Positions 20,944 to 31,164 are shown, numbered from the stretch's first letter. The stretch: DNA of 64,000 nucleotides from Vulcanimicrobiales bacterium (GCA_038231455.1 JBBRLI010000008.1:32001-96000); one strand, 5' to 3'. Notes: generated from the letters alone by a model not told the origin. A program made the numbers and translations.

Positions 20944-21724
20944 GTGAATCGTACCGACTTACTCAAGCTTACGGGCGCGACTTCCTTGATGGGTGCTGCC
21001 GCTTGGGTCGTCGGCTTACCGGGCGAATCGTCTGCTCGACCAAATGCGTCTGCTGCTGATTCCGTCGCCGCGCTCGACGGAGGCCGTGCGGATTTCACCG
21101 TGCGGATGGTGCCCGCTTCGATCGAAGGTCGATACCGTGGAGCTCGGCGTCGCCGAGCGCGTTGATGCGATCGTTGAAATGAGCACTCCGGGCGTTTGGA
21201 TTTTCGGCAGCACGGATGCGACGTTGCGTAGTCGCGGCCTGGGCACCATCATCGAGTACGCGGGAGCGCAAGGTGCAGCGGTCTGGCGCGATCCGTCGCT
21301 CTTCTCACCGTGGGACTATACGAGTTTCGGAAATGATTCTCGCCTGCCCGCAATCGACGGACGCTTCGAGCTCGTGCTGCGGCAAGCGATGGGTATGGCG
21401 AATCGCTGGACGATCAACGGACGCTCCTACCCGGAAACCACGCCGCTTGCTGTCGAGCGCGGTAAACGGTATCGCTTGACGATCGGCAACATGAGCATGA
21501 TGGAGCATCCGATCCATTTACACGGTCACATCTTCGAGCTCGTATCGGTCGACGGCATTGCGACGAGCGGCGTACGCAAAGACACGATCGTTGTGCGGCC
21601 CATGATGGGACAAGTCGCGTTTGATGTTGTCGCTGACAATCCGGGGACGTTCTTACTCCACTGCCACAACGATCTCCACATGGATGGCGGCTTAATGACA
21701 ACACTCGCCTATCGCAAGGTCTAA
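20944..21724 (+). pseudogene. Multicopper oxidase remnant with internal deletion and frameshift
   Basis: Signal-peptide frame 20944..21165 joins out of frame near 21125 to a C-terminal part with HPIHLHGH and HCHNDLHM. N-terminal HxH copper motifs absent. Confidence 0.7.
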
Positions 21725-21748
21725 CACGCTCTCAACTGCAGAGCAGAG

Positions 21749-22114
21749 ATGGAAAGAATCATGATTGACAATCAAATGACGACAGCTCAACCGGTACAGG
21801 CTCGATTGAGCCCGCTCGCACTAGCGTCGGGATTCGGTGTCGCCGGCGTCCTCGCAACCGTCCTTCTCGGCGCGATGGGTACGATGGGCGGCGGCTGGAT
21901 GCACGGCTCCACTGGCGGAGGATTCGGCAACGGTGGTTGGATGATGGGCGGTGGCTCGGGTTACGGCGGCGGTTCGATGATGGGCGGTGGCCTGAGCATG
22001 TTCGCGTTCGCGTTGATGTGGGGCTTTCTCGGCGGCGCATTCGTCGGCGGCGTCAGCGCGTGGGTTTACAATGCGGTCGTCGCGCGAAACGTAACCACCG
22101 CAAGTCGGCTTTAG
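21749..22114 (+). CDS. Gly/Met-rich small membrane protein
   Basis: Two hydrophobic helices flanking GGWMHG/GGWMMGG/GSMMGG repeats. Confidence 0.65.
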   Translation: MERIMIDNQMTTAQPVQARLSPLALASGFGVAGVLATVLLGAMGTMGGGWMHGSTGGGFGNGGWMMGGGSGYGGGSMMGGGLSMFAFALMWGFLGGAFVGGVSAWVYNAVVARNVTTASRL

Positions 22115-23274
22115 ATCGTCGCGGCAAGTGCCGCGATGCGCGCCTTAAGCGAGGGATGCGAGGTGAAAAACGTCTCCATCCACGCGGGCTGTTCGTCTTC
22201 AGCAAGATTCTGGTCGCGTAAGCGTGCGAATGCGGCGATGCCGCTCGCTGCATCGTTCGTCGCGGCGAGCGCGAAGCGGTCTGCGGCCCATTCAATCTGC
22301 CGCGAATATGCCGCGCTTACGGGTCCGAGCAGCGTCGTAATGAGCGAGGCGTAGAAGGCGAACCGCAGAGCGTCTTCGAGCGTCAAGATCGGCCGCGCGC
22401 GGTTGAGCGCGTGCGCACCGATGATCGTCACCGCGAGCAGTCCGGAGCTGACTCCGATGCCGCGCCAGGCATCGCGCCCGACGTAGTGGCCGAGTTCGTG
22501 CGCGACGACGAAGAGCGTCTCGTCATCCTTGAAGTGTTCGATGAGCGTATCGCCGAGCACGATGCGTTCGGTGCCAAGCACGCCGGTGACGTACGCGTTG
22601 GCTTTGGTCGTGCGGCGGCTCATGTCCACGCGCAAAATGTCCGCGTTGCCGACACCGTAGGCTCGTGCGAGCGAGCGGATACGCTCTTCAAGAGCGCCCT
22701 CGATTGGGACGAATTTATTGAACAGCGGCATGACGAACGTCGGGACGACGACGGTGAGGACGGCCAGCAGCGGCGGCGCTGCAGCGACGGCGACGAGCGG
22801 CCACGTGCGCGGCAAACGCCGCACGAGGGCATCGGCCGCGAGCGCCATACCAAAGGTAAAGACACCGCCGAGGGCAACCGATTTGATTCGGTCGTTCAGC
22901 CAATCGGCGTCGGTTTGCGTCGCAGTCCCGTAGCGGCGTTCCAGCACGATGCCCTCGACGTAGTCGGCCGGCAATTCCGCGACCGATCCCAGGAGTGTAA
23001 GCGCACCGATCGCAAGCCCGAGCTTCAGCGCGCGCGGGCGCTCGGGGAGAATGCGGTCGAGCAACGGCGCAACGACGAATGCCGTCATCGCAAGCGACGC
23101 AAGCGAACGGCTCATCCCCGCGAGCATGAGCGCGCGTTTTTCTGCTCCGTAGGCACGCGCGTCTCCGGGCGTCGGAGTGCTCGGCTTCGAACGTTCGCGC
23201 CGCGCATCTCCGATACGCACCGCGGCGTAGCCGAGCGTGGCACCAGTAGCGAGCGCGATGTAAAAACGACGCAT
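22111..23274 (-). CDS. M48 family (Ste24-like) membrane metalloprotease
   Basis: DMSRRTTKANAY, HELGH, EWAAD, SHPS..ARI. Confidence 0.88.
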   Translation of the reverse strand: MRRFYIALATGATLGYAAVRIGDARRERSKPSTPTPGDARAYGAEKRALMLAGMSRSLASLAMTAFVVAPLLDRILPERPRALKLGLAIGALTLLGSVAELPADYVEGIVLERRYGTATQTDADWLNDRIKSVALGGVFTFGMALAADALVRRLPRTWPLVAVAAAPPLLAVLTVVVPTFVMPLFNKFVPIEGALEERIRSLARAYGVGNADILRVDMSRRTTKANAYVTGVLGTERIVLGDTLIEHFKDDETLFVVAHELGHYVGRDAWRGIGVSSGLLAVTIIGAHALNRARPILTLEDALRFAFYASLITTLLGPVSAAYSRQIEWAADRFALAATNDAASGIAAFARLRDQNLAEDEQPAWMETFFTSHPSLKARIAALAATI

Positions 23275-23285
23275 ACGAGAACTCC

Positions 23286-24794
23286 TTGAATGTGAAAGCG
23301 TGGGTAAACGGTCCGATTTATTGCTACGACCCTGCGGGCGGAACGTATCGCGCAAGCGATGCGCTGGTCATCGAGGGAGGGCGCATCGTTTCGACCGATG
23401 CCGCCGACATCGGCGCAGGTATCCAGACGATCGACTTGGGTGGACGGGCGTTGTACCCGGCATTCGCCGATTGTCACGTGCATCTCACCGACACCGGCTA
23501 CTATTTAGACGAACGGAATCTGAGCGCCGCTCGGTCGTACGACGATTTTGCCGCGCGCGTGCGGGCACTCGTTCCCGAGCGGTACGTCCTAGCTGGAAAT
23601 TACGACGAGAGCTTTTGGCACGATCGCCGACTTGCGGATGCCGCTCCACTCGGCGGAGCGCTCTCCGAGAGCTACGCGATGCTCGTGCGCGTCGACTCGC
23701 ATTCGTGCATCGTCAACCCGAAGACGCTCGCGTTCCTTGACCTCGACCCGACTCTTGTAGGAATCGAGCGCGACCCGGACGGCAAGCCGACTGGAAAACT
23801 CTTCACCGATGCAAACTGGCAGGCGCAAGCGCGATTTTTCGGCGGGTTGCCCGAAGCGACCAAACGCGCTGCCGAGCAGCGTGCTGTCGCGCTCGCGCAG
23901 TCGCAGGGCGCAGTCCATCTGCACGTCCAGCTGGTCGGATTCGGTTCGCACGACGCGTATCGTGCCGAGGTTGAGGCGCTGCGCGCGCACTCGGGTGTGC
24001 AAATGTATCCGAAGATTTGCGAACGCGATCCGCAGCTCGCGCACGATCTCGGCTTGCCGTACGTCGGCGGCGATGTCTTTCTCGATGGGTCGATCGGCAG
24101 CGGTACGGCGGCAATGACGCACGCGTACGCCGACCGCGCGGGAACCGGCACGCTCGCGCACGACGATGCAACGGTCGAGCGGTACTTTGCGGAAGCCGAA
24201 CGGCTGGGTATTTCAGCGGGCGTGCACGCGATCGGCGATCGCGCGATCGAACAGTGTCTCTCGAGGTGGGAACGCGTGCTCGGCGGCAAACCGTCGCCTC
24301 GCAACCGTCACTTTATCGAGCACTTCGAGGTCGCGCGCCCCGATCAGATCGCGCGTGCGGTGAACCTCGGCATCTATCTCTCGATGCAGCCGCAGTTCGA
24401 TGCGCTCTGGGGCGGGGAAGGCGGCATGTACGACGTGCGCCTGGGGACCGAGCGCATGCGCTCGATGAATGCCTTCGCGTCGGCAAAACGTGCCGGTGCA
24501 ACGATCGTCGGCGGGGATGACTCGCCCGTCTGCCCGCTCGTTCCGCTCGCGGGCATGCAGGCGGCGGTGGCGCACCAGACACCAAGCGAACGCGTCGCAA
24601 TCGAAGACGCGCTCACGATGTACGCTTACGATGCAGCTCGGTTCGGTCATGTTGAAGGGCAAACCGGGCGGCTTGCTGCCGGATTCGCCGCGGATTTCGT
24701 TATCCTGGCGGGAGACCCGATTGCCGATAGAACCTTTGAGAAGACACGGATTGTCGAAACATGGAGTCAAGGAGAACGCGTGTATGCTGCTTAG
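23286..24794 (+). CDS. YtcJ-like amidohydrolase
   Basis: DCHVH, DGSIGS, HAIGDRA, IEH, ADFVIL. Confidence 0.88.
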   Translation: MNVKAWVNGPIYCYDPAGGTYRASDALVIEGGRIVSTDAADIGAGIQTIDLGGRALYPAFADCHVHLTDTGYYLDERNLSAARSYDDFAARVRALVPERYVLAGNYDESFWHDRRLADAAPLGGALSESYAMLVRVDSHSCIVNPKTLAFLDLDPTLVGIERDPDGKPTGKLFTDANWQAQARFFGGLPEATKRAAEQRAVALAQSQGAVHLHVQLVGFGSHDAYRAEVEALRAHSGVQMYPKICERDPQLAHDLGLPYVGGDVFLDGSIGSGTAAMTHAYADRAGTGTLAHDDATVERYFAEAERLGISAGVHAIGDRAIEQCLSRWERVLGGKPSPRNRHFIEHFEVARPDQIARAVNLGIYLSMQPQFDALWGGEGGMYDVRLGTERMRSMNAFASAKRAGATIVGGDDSPVCPLVPLAGMQAAVAHQTPSERVAIEDALTMYAYDAARFGHVEGQTGRLAAGFAADFVILAGDPIADRTFEKTRIVETWSQGERVYAA

Positions 24795-25341
24795 AACCCT
24801 TGCCGGCGCAATGTCGCTTGCCGCGCTCTGCGCGCTGCCCGCTGCGGCCGCGACCGTGACGGGTCAATTAACGGAGCCCGGTTTTGCGTGGGTCTCGCAA
24901 GGCCAGCGTGGCAAAGCCGCGGATGAAGCCTCGATGCGCAACACGCACAAAGCCTTCGTCCCGGATTTTCTTGTGATCCCCGCGGGTTCGAGCGTGCGCT
25001 TCCCAAATGACGACCAGTTTTTTCACTCGATCTACTCCGAGTCGGATCCCGATCCGTTTGACATCGGCTTCTACGACACGGGACCGGGGAAAGTCGTCCC
25101 GTTCGATAAGGCCGGTGTCGTTGAAGTGCGTTGCCACGTTCACGCACGAATGTATGCGGTCATCGTCGTTGTCGACGGTCCCTACGCGCGGACGATGAAC
25201 GCGAATGAAACATTTTCAATCGCCGGTGTGACGCCCGGCCCGCACGTATTGCATACCTGGACGCCGGCTGCGGGCGAGAAAAAGATTGCGATTCGCGTCG
25301 CCGCGATCGGCTCGCACCTTGCGCTAGAGAAGACCTTCTAG
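24784..25341 (+). CDS. Exported cupredoxin-like protein
   Basis: Signal peptide, FVP..LVIPAGSSVRFPNDD..HSIYS, CHVHARM type-1 copper-like motif. Confidence 0.75.
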   Translation: MLLRTLAGAMSLAALCALPAAAATVTGQLTEPGFAWVSQGQRGKAADEASMRNTHKAFVPDFLVIPAGSSVRFPNDDQFFHSIYSESDPDPFDIGFYDTGPGKVVPFDKAGVVEVRCHVHARMYAVIVVVDGPYARTMNANETFSIAGVTPGPHVLHTWTPAAGEKKIAIRVAAIGSHLALEKTF

Positions 25342-26559
25342 TTCGTTGACGTAGGACGAACCGAATGCGATGCGTTCGGTTGAGGGGGGCGGGACGATGT
25401 CGCCGCGCTCGACCAAATTTGCAAACACCGTGACGACTTTTGGATCGAGCTGCGTCCCGCTCACGCGACTGATTTCGGCCATCGCGCGCTCGACCGACAT
25501 GCCGTCGCGATAGGGTCTGTTCGTCGTCATCGCATCGAACGAATCGGCGACCGCGATGATGCGTGCTCCGATCGGAATTTCATCGAGTGTGAGATGATCG
25601 GGGTATCCGGTTCCGTCGACACGTTCGTGATGGTGCAGCACGCAGGGCACGACGGATTCCATCGAGGGAATCTTTTCGAGGATCGTCGCGCCGATTTTAG
25701 GGTGCGTCCCAATAATGCGCCGTTCGCGCGCGTCGAGCGCCGTCGGCTTGAAGAGGACGATATCGGGAATGCCGATTTTTCCCAAGTCATGAAGCGCCGC
25801 GGCGCTCTCGATCGTTTCGACATCCTCGGAAGGCAGTCTCATCGCGTGCGCGATCATGCGGCTATACTCGGCGACACGGCGCGAGTGGCCCGCGGTATAC
25901 GTGTCGCGTAAATCGATCGTCTCGGCCATCACTTTGAGGGCGCCGAGGAACGTGTTCTGCGCTTCTTTGCGTCGGCGTTCGATCTCGCGCGACGCACCGG
26001 CCGCGAGCGTGACGAGTGCCGCGAAGATCAGTCCGACGACGATGAGCGTGACGAGGTAAACTTGATTGCGCTCTTTGTCATTTTGACGTCGCATCTGATT
26101 GAGCGAGTAGTCGATGGCGAAAACATACGCGGCTTTCCCGCCGCTCACAAACGCTGCATATTGCGTGCGTATGTCAGGTCCGGTTTGGATAATCTCGAAT
26201 TCATCGAGCGTTAAAGCGTGCTTGACGTTCGCGACGTCTGGCCTCGCGATCCGCGGATAGACGGGCGTGCCATCGGCGGAGTAAATCCGAACATCGGAAA
26301 CGAATTCGAAGAGTTTCGCGGACGCGACAGCCTGACCGATTTCGATGATTGCGCCCGCGTCTGCGGGCGATTTGGCAAGACGCGTGAGCGGTCGTCCTGC
26401 CTTCGCGCTAACTTGACTCAAGACCACCGCGGCTTCGTCCGACTCAAGCGCCTTCTGATGCGCCGCTTCCAACGTGAACGCCAGAATGACAGCAGCCACC
26501 ACCGCGACGGCAAACGTCACGAGAGTGAAGCGAGTGAGGAAAGTCAGACGAAGACGCAT
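25324..26559 (-). CDS. Membrane HD-GYP phosphodiesterase
   Basis: Two TM helices, GHSRRV, HDLGK, HHERVDGTGYP, RPYR. Confidence 0.9.
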   Translation of the reverse strand: MRLRLTFLTRFTLVTFAVAVVAAVILAFTLEAAHQKALESDEAAVVLSQVSAKAGRPLTRLAKSPADAGAIIEIGQAVASAKLFEFVSDVRIYSADGTPVYPRIARPDVANVKHALTLDEFEIIQTGPDIRTQYAAFVSGGKAAYVFAIDYSLNQMRRQNDKERNQVYLVTLIVVGLIFAALVTLAAGASREIERRRKEAQNTFLGALKVMAETIDLRDTYTAGHSRRVAEYSRMIAHAMRLPSEDVETIESAAALHDLGKIGIPDIVLFKPTALDARERRIIGTHPKIGATILEKIPSMESVVPCVLHHHERVDGTGYPDHLTLDEIPIGARIIAVADSFDAMTTNRPYRDGMSVERAMAEISRVSGTQLDPKVVTVFANLVERGDIVPPPSTERIAFGSSYVNELEGLL

Positions 26560-26580
26560 CGTGCTCGGGGGCTTAACGTC

Positions 26581-27114
26581 CTAGGACGTAAAGCCCGACT
26601 TGTATGCGGGACCGTTGCCCAGTGCTTGTGCGAGGAGCGCCACGTGCGTCGTCTCGACACCGAGAATGGAGGCGGCAGCCTGACGGAATGCCGGATCTTT
26701 AAGATCGGGGATCACGGAGAGGTAGGTGCTTGCCGCTTTGCGTTCGACGACCATTGCGAATGCAAGGATGTCGTTGACGCTTGCGAGCGGCGGATACGTG
26801 AGTCTCGCGGTTGCCGTTGAAGGCGTGCCGCCCGCGGCTTTGACAGCGGCGATCAAGGCATCGCGGTGGGCGGTGTGGTCGGCCATGAAGCCGCCCGCGA
26901 TCGCGAGGATGTCTTTTGGGAGAATCCCCGTAGCCGCAGCATCCTGGTACGCTTTAATGCCGGCGCGTTCGAGTTCGATTGCGGCGTTGAGCGTGGCGAT
27001 ATCGCCCGGATCCGCTTTCTCCGCCGCTTCGACGAAGGACGTCATGAGCGGGAGGCCGACAAGCGCGATTGCGGAGCCGGCACCAAGCAGGGCAGAGCGA
27101 GACAAAGTATTCAC
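26581..27114 (-). CDS. Exported ferritin-like domain protein
   Basis: LE..GIKAY, DHTAH, VE...ASTY, VETTH di-metal pattern. Confidence 0.75.
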   Translation of the reverse strand: MNTLSRSALLGAGSAIALVGLPLMTSFVEAAEKADPGDIATLNAAIELERAGIKAYQDAAATGILPKDILAIAGGFMADHTAHRDALIAAVKAAGGTPSTATARLTYPPLASVNDILAFAMVVERKAASTYLSVIPDLKDPAFRQAAASILGVETTHVALLAQALGNGPAYKSGFTS

Positions 27115-27236
27115 AAGCGTTCCTTCGGCATTCGGCCAGAGAAAAACGAGGGGCCCGTTGTTCGACTAACGATGCAACGAACGCTTAAGATGGTCTGCAA
27201 CCGACCTTTACAAGGAAGTTTATAAAATGCTTGGAT

Positions 27237-28319
27237 TTAGATAATTGAGATAGTCTCTTGCGGCTTCGGCTGCTTGGCGACGACGTCTTCAAGCGCTCCT
27301 GCGAGCAGGTCGACGATTGGGGAATCGATCTCTTCTACGCGGCCCGAGTCGGCCAGTTCGACCATACGCGGGTCGATCGGCATCCGCGCCAGGACCGGCG
27401 CCCCGGCAAGCTCGGCGACCTGGTCGGCAAACGAGGGGCCAAAGATGTCGTAGCGCGTCCCAGTATCGGGGGCAATGAAGTACGACATATTTTCCACCAC
27501 GCCGATGATCGGCTTTTTGAGTTGGTGGATCAGATTTGCGGCTTTGCGAACGATCATCGTCGCGAGCTTTTGCGGCATCGTAACCAGGACAATGCCATCG
27601 ACCGAGAGGGATTGCAGCACGGTCAACGGCGCATCCGAGGTGCCGGGCGGCAGATCGATCAGCAGATAGTCATGGTCCGACCAGAGCACCTGTTCGTAGA
27701 ACTGGCGGATAACGCCCGAGAGAATCGGGCCGCGCCAGATCATCGCCGTATCTTCCTGGTCGGTGAGCAGGTTCGAACTGACGACCTCGATTGCCGAGCG
27801 CGTGACGGCCGGAACCATGAGCGGCTTGGGCGGCGAACCGGCCGGGACGCTCTGATCGTTCTCGATGCCAAGCGGGGTTCGCAGGCCGAAGAGGCGCGGA
27901 ATCGAGGGGCCCGTGATGTCTGCATCGAGGATCCCCACGCTCAGATTGCGGCGCCGAAGCCCAACGGCGAGCAGCGCCGTCGTCAGCGACTTCCCGACGC
28001 CGCCTTTTCCCGACATGATCGGGATGACGTGCTTGAAGCGGGCGCGGCGGGCGAAGTCGCCCGGGGCACGGCGAGCCGGTGTCTTATCGGGATTGGAAAT
28101 CGTCGGGACACGGCCGGCGAGCCGCGCTTGGCTGAGCGCCGCAAGGATCGGATCGACGCGCAGGCCGTGGGCGGCTGCACCCTGGGCGATCGTCTCGTAC
28201 TTGTTCACGCCGCAGCCCGCACAGTGCAAACCGAACTCCTCGAGCACGGCCTCCGCGATGGGCAGCGAGGCGACGAGTTCGCGGATATTGGTCTCGGGCG
28301 TAATATCAATTGTCGGCAT
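27237..28319 (-). CDS. mrp: Mrp/NBP35 (ApbC) Fe-S carrier ATPase with N-terminal DUF1858-like domain
   Basis: GLHCAGC...ETIAQGA..HG, SGKGGVGKS, DADITGPS, WRGP, DLPPGTSD, VENMS. Confidence 0.88.
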   Translation of the reverse strand: MPTIDITPETNIRELVASLPIAEAVLEEFGLHCAGCGVNKYETIAQGAAAHGLRVDPILAALSQARLAGRVPTISNPDKTPARRAPGDFARRARFKHVIPIMSGKGGVGKSLTTALLAVGLRRRNLSVGILDADITGPSIPRLFGLRTPLGIENDQSVPAGSPPKPLMVPAVTRSAIEVVSSNLLTDQEDTAMIWRGPILSGVIRQFYEQVLWSDHDYLLIDLPPGTSDAPLTVLQSLSVDGIVLVTMPQKLATMIVRKAANLIHQLKKPIIGVVENMSYFIAPDTGTRYDIFGPSFADQVAELAGAPVLARMPIDPRMVELADSGRVEEIDSPIVDLLAGALEDVVAKQPKPQETISII

Positions 28320-28414
28320 GAAGCGGCGACTACAACCTTTCGGGGACGATTACACTATGATGAGGTCGGCGGGGTGGGCCATCCACCCTCCGCCTCTAAG
28401 AAGAAAGAACGCAG

Positions 28415-28864
28415 ATGGGCGCATTCGCAACGCTGACAATCCCGCTCAACCTCTCCGGCACGGGCGCAGAGTTCCATGCTTGGGAGGCCGCGAACTCGGC
28501 AGCCGGTTCGAAGAATATCATCGCCGATCGGGCGACGAACCAGCTACGACTCGACCATCAGTTCCCCGGCAACATAACCTCGCTCATGGGGCGCTTGGGT
28601 GCAAAATTCGCTCTTCCGCGCTCGATCACGGCTTCGATTCCCGTTCGCAGTCTCGGGATACCGGGAGCGCCTTCGGACGTCTCACATTTGTTGGCCGCAA
28701 TCAATCACGAACCCGGAGTCTCCGGGGCACGGATCGAAGGCGACCGGCTCGTTGCTGAGGTTCCGCCCGTCACTCGTGGCCTGTACGTGATTTTCAATCA
28801 CTTGCTGCACGCCGGTCTGATCGCCCAGGACGTTCCAACACTCGTCGCTCTTCGAGGTCTCTAG
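28415..28864 (+). CDS. Hypothetical protein heading the carotenoid operon
   Basis: 149-aa ORF, purine-rich leader, ends 1 nt before the proposed desaturase start. Confidence 0.6.
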   Translation: MGAFATLTIPLNLSGTGAEFHAWEAANSAAGSKNIIADRATNQLRLDHQFPGNITSLMGRLGAKFALPRSITASIPVRSLGIPGAPSDVSHLLAAINHEPGVSGARIEGDRLVAEVPPVTRGLYVIFNHLLHAGLIAQDVPTLVALRGL

Positions 28865-28865
28865 T

Positions 28866-30281
28866 CTGCTCGCAGCATCTCCGCCCCTCAAAAACACCGG
28901 GTCTCACGAAGAGATCCTGATCATTGGCGGAGGACCTGCGGGTCTTGCTGCAGCGAAATACCTCACGGAATCCGGCCGCAAAGTCACGGTCGTCGAGAAA
29001 CGAAATATTCTCGGCGGCAAGCTCTCATCGTGGAAAGATCGCGACGGCGACATCCTCGAGACGGGGCTTCATTCGTTTTTCGGCGGCTACGACACCGTGC
29101 ACGCGCTTCTGCGCGACGTCGGCATCTCGCACCACGTGCTGTGGCAGCCCCACACGCTGACCTACGCGATGCCGCCTGGTTGGAGCGACCGCTGGGAAGG
29201 CGGACCGATTTTTGAGGAGTTCCACTTCACCGACGCTCCCTCGCCATTTAACGGCATCGGCGCGGTGCTGAACGCAAAATACGTGTTCAACACGGTGGAG
29301 AAGCTACTCTTCGCGACGGGTACGTTGCCCGTGCTCGTCGGCGATCATAAGTATGCCGAACGACAAGACGACATCAGCTATTCGACGTGGCATCGCAAAC
29401 GCGGAATGTCCGAACACATGCTGCGCACGTTCTTCGCGCCGATGTCACTCGCTCTCAACTTCACGCACATCGACGACATCTCAGCCGAAGCGATGCTGCG
29501 CGTGATGGCGTACTTTGCCTCATCGAAAGATGCGAGCCGCGCCGGCTTCCTCGACGGCCCGCCCGGTGATCGTCTCATCGAACCGATCGCGGAGTATCTG
29601 CGCAAGCGCGGCGTCACGATCGACACGTCCGTGCCGATTGCCGAGCTGCTTTTCGAAGGCGACCGCTGTGTCGGCGCGCGTACGAGCGATGGCCGCACGT
29701 ACAATGCCGATAGCGTCATCATCGCAACACCCGTGCATAACGCAGCGAAACTCTTGCCCACCGAGATGCTGCGCGATCCGCTCGTGCATGGCGTCGGCAA
29801 GCTGACCTCCTCGCCCGTCATCAACGCACATCTCTGGTTTGATAAGCCGATCTCGCGCTACTCGAACTTGATATTCGGCTGCGGCACGCTCTTGCCGGTC
29901 CACGCGGATCTTGGCCAAGCCTCGCCGGGTTATGAGTGGCCGGGCAAATCGTTCATCGAAATCTGCGTCGCCCCGGCGGATGATTTGATGAAATTGGATG
30001 ACTCGACCATCGTCGAGCGAATCCTCACCGACATGCAGAAGTTCTATCCGCTCGCGCGGGAATCGTTTGTCAAAGCGAAGCTCGTGCGCGTCCCGAAGAG
30101 CGTCTATCGCGCTAGCCCGGGCGCCGAAAAACTGCGCCCCGGAGCGCGCACGCCCGTGCGGAATCTGTTCCTTGCGGGCTGTTACACCAATCACCGGTTC
30201 CCCGCGAGTATCGAGGGCGCCATGCGCAGCGCACGCCACGCCGCAGACGGCGTCTTGGAGTACGCTGGTGCGCGAGCTTAG
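28866..30281 (+). CDS. CrtP/CrtQ-type (PDS/ZDS) phytoene or zeta-carotene desaturase
   Basis: In-frame translation upstream of the ORF-track start gives ILIIGGGPAGL..AKYL...EKR.ILGGKLSSWKDRDGDILETGLHSFFGGY; C-terminal NLFLAGCYT...SIEGA. CTG start after GAGGT. Confidence 0.8.
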   Translation: MLAASPPLKNTGSHEEILIIGGGPAGLAAAKYLTESGRKVTVVEKRNILGGKLSSWKDRDGDILETGLHSFFGGYDTVHALLRDVGISHHVLWQPHTLTYAMPPGWSDRWEGGPIFEEFHFTDAPSPFNGIGAVLNAKYVFNTVEKLLFATGTLPVLVGDHKYAERQDDISYSTWHRKRGMSEHMLRTFFAPMSLALNFTHIDDISAEAMLRVMAYFASSKDASRAGFLDGPPGDRLIEPIAEYLRKRGVTIDTSVPIAELLFEGDRCVGARTSDGRTYNADSVIIATPVHNAAKLLPTEMLRDPLVHGVGKLTSSPVINAHLWFDKPISRYSNLIFGCGTLLPVHADLGQASPGYEWPGKSFIEICVAPADDLMKLDDSTIVERILTDMQKFYPLARESFVKAKLVRVPKSVYRASPGAEKLRPGARTPVRNLFLAGCYTNHRFPASIEGAMRSARHAADGVLEYAGARA

Positions 30282-31164
30282 CCTCGACGTCCATCAGCCG
30301 GTAGAAATTGTCGAGACGACCGAGCTCGACGATTGCTACCGCATTTGCCGCGATATCGCAAAGACCCACTCCAAGACGTTCTACTTAAGTTCGCTCTTTC
30401 TCGCGCCGGAAAAACGGCGCGCGATTTGGGCGGTCTACGCATTTTGCCGCACGAGCGACGACATCGTGGATCGCATGACCCCCGCAGCCGATCGCCTCGC
30501 GGCGATCGATGCGTGGGAAACGCAACTGCTCGCGAGTTACAACGGCGACACGCGCGACCCGATCTACACGGCGTTCGCTGATGCCGCACAGCGTTTCTCA
30601 ATTCCAATGCAGCCGGCGCTTGCGCTCTTGCGCGGCGCCCGCAAAGACATCACGATCTCGCGCTACGCGACCAACGAAGAACTGCGCGAGTATTGTTACC
30701 TCGTCGCATCGACCGTCGGACTCTTAACCTCGCCGGTGCTAGGCTATCTGCAAGAAGAAGCGCTCGAATACGGCGTCGCGCTCGGACGCGCGATGCAGAT
30801 GACGAACATTTTGCGCGACATCGGCGAAGACGCGCGCATGGGCCGCATCTATCTGCCGCTTGAAGATCTGCACCGCTTCGGCTACAGCGAGTCGAGCATT
30901 TTCGAGAGCGTCATCGACGAGCCGTTCGTCGAACTGATGAAATTCCAAATCGAACGCACGCGTCAGATGTACACGGAAGCCGAGCCCGGTATCGCGATGC
31001 TCGCGCCGGAAAGCCGCTACACGGTCCGACTTGCGCTCACGCTCTATCGCCGAATTTTGAATGCAATCGAAGCGAACAACTACGATGTCTATTCAAAACG
31101 CGCGTACGTGCCGTTCCGCTCGAAAATGCTCGCCGCCATGACGGTCGCATTCTCACGCGCTTAG
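30268..31164 (+). CDS. crtB: Phytoene synthase
   Basis: SKTFY, YAFCRTSDDIVD, YCYLVASTVG, QMTNILRDIGED..GRIYLP. GTG start overlaps the desaturase. Confidence 0.88.
   Translation: MRELSLDVHQPVEIVETTELDDCYRICRDIAKTHSKTFYLSSLFLAPEKRRAIWAVYAFCRTSDDIVDRMTPAADRLAAIDAWETQLLASYNGDTRDPIYTAFADAAQRFSIPMQPALALLRGARKDITISRYATNEELREYCYLVASTVGLLTSPVLGYLQEEALEYGVALGRAMQMTNILRDIGEDARMGRIYLPLEDLHRFGYSESSIFESVIDEPFVELMKFQIERTRQMYTEAEPGIAMLAPESRYTVRLALTLYRRILNAIEANNYDVYSKRAYVPFRSKMLAAMTVAFSRA

Noticed and set aside
24784-25341. Auracyanin-like RC donor
   Set aside because: Has an extra C-terminal domain, is coupled to an amidohydrolase and lies outside the cluster
28372-28388. GGGTGG-N5-CCACCC as a Crp box for the crt operon
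   Set aside because: Five-base spacer and no suitably placed -10
28866-31164. Hopanoid hpnE/hpnD
   Set aside because: ETGLH.FFG.Y fits CrtP/Q rather than HpnE (DNGQH); single synthase; no shc or hpnC
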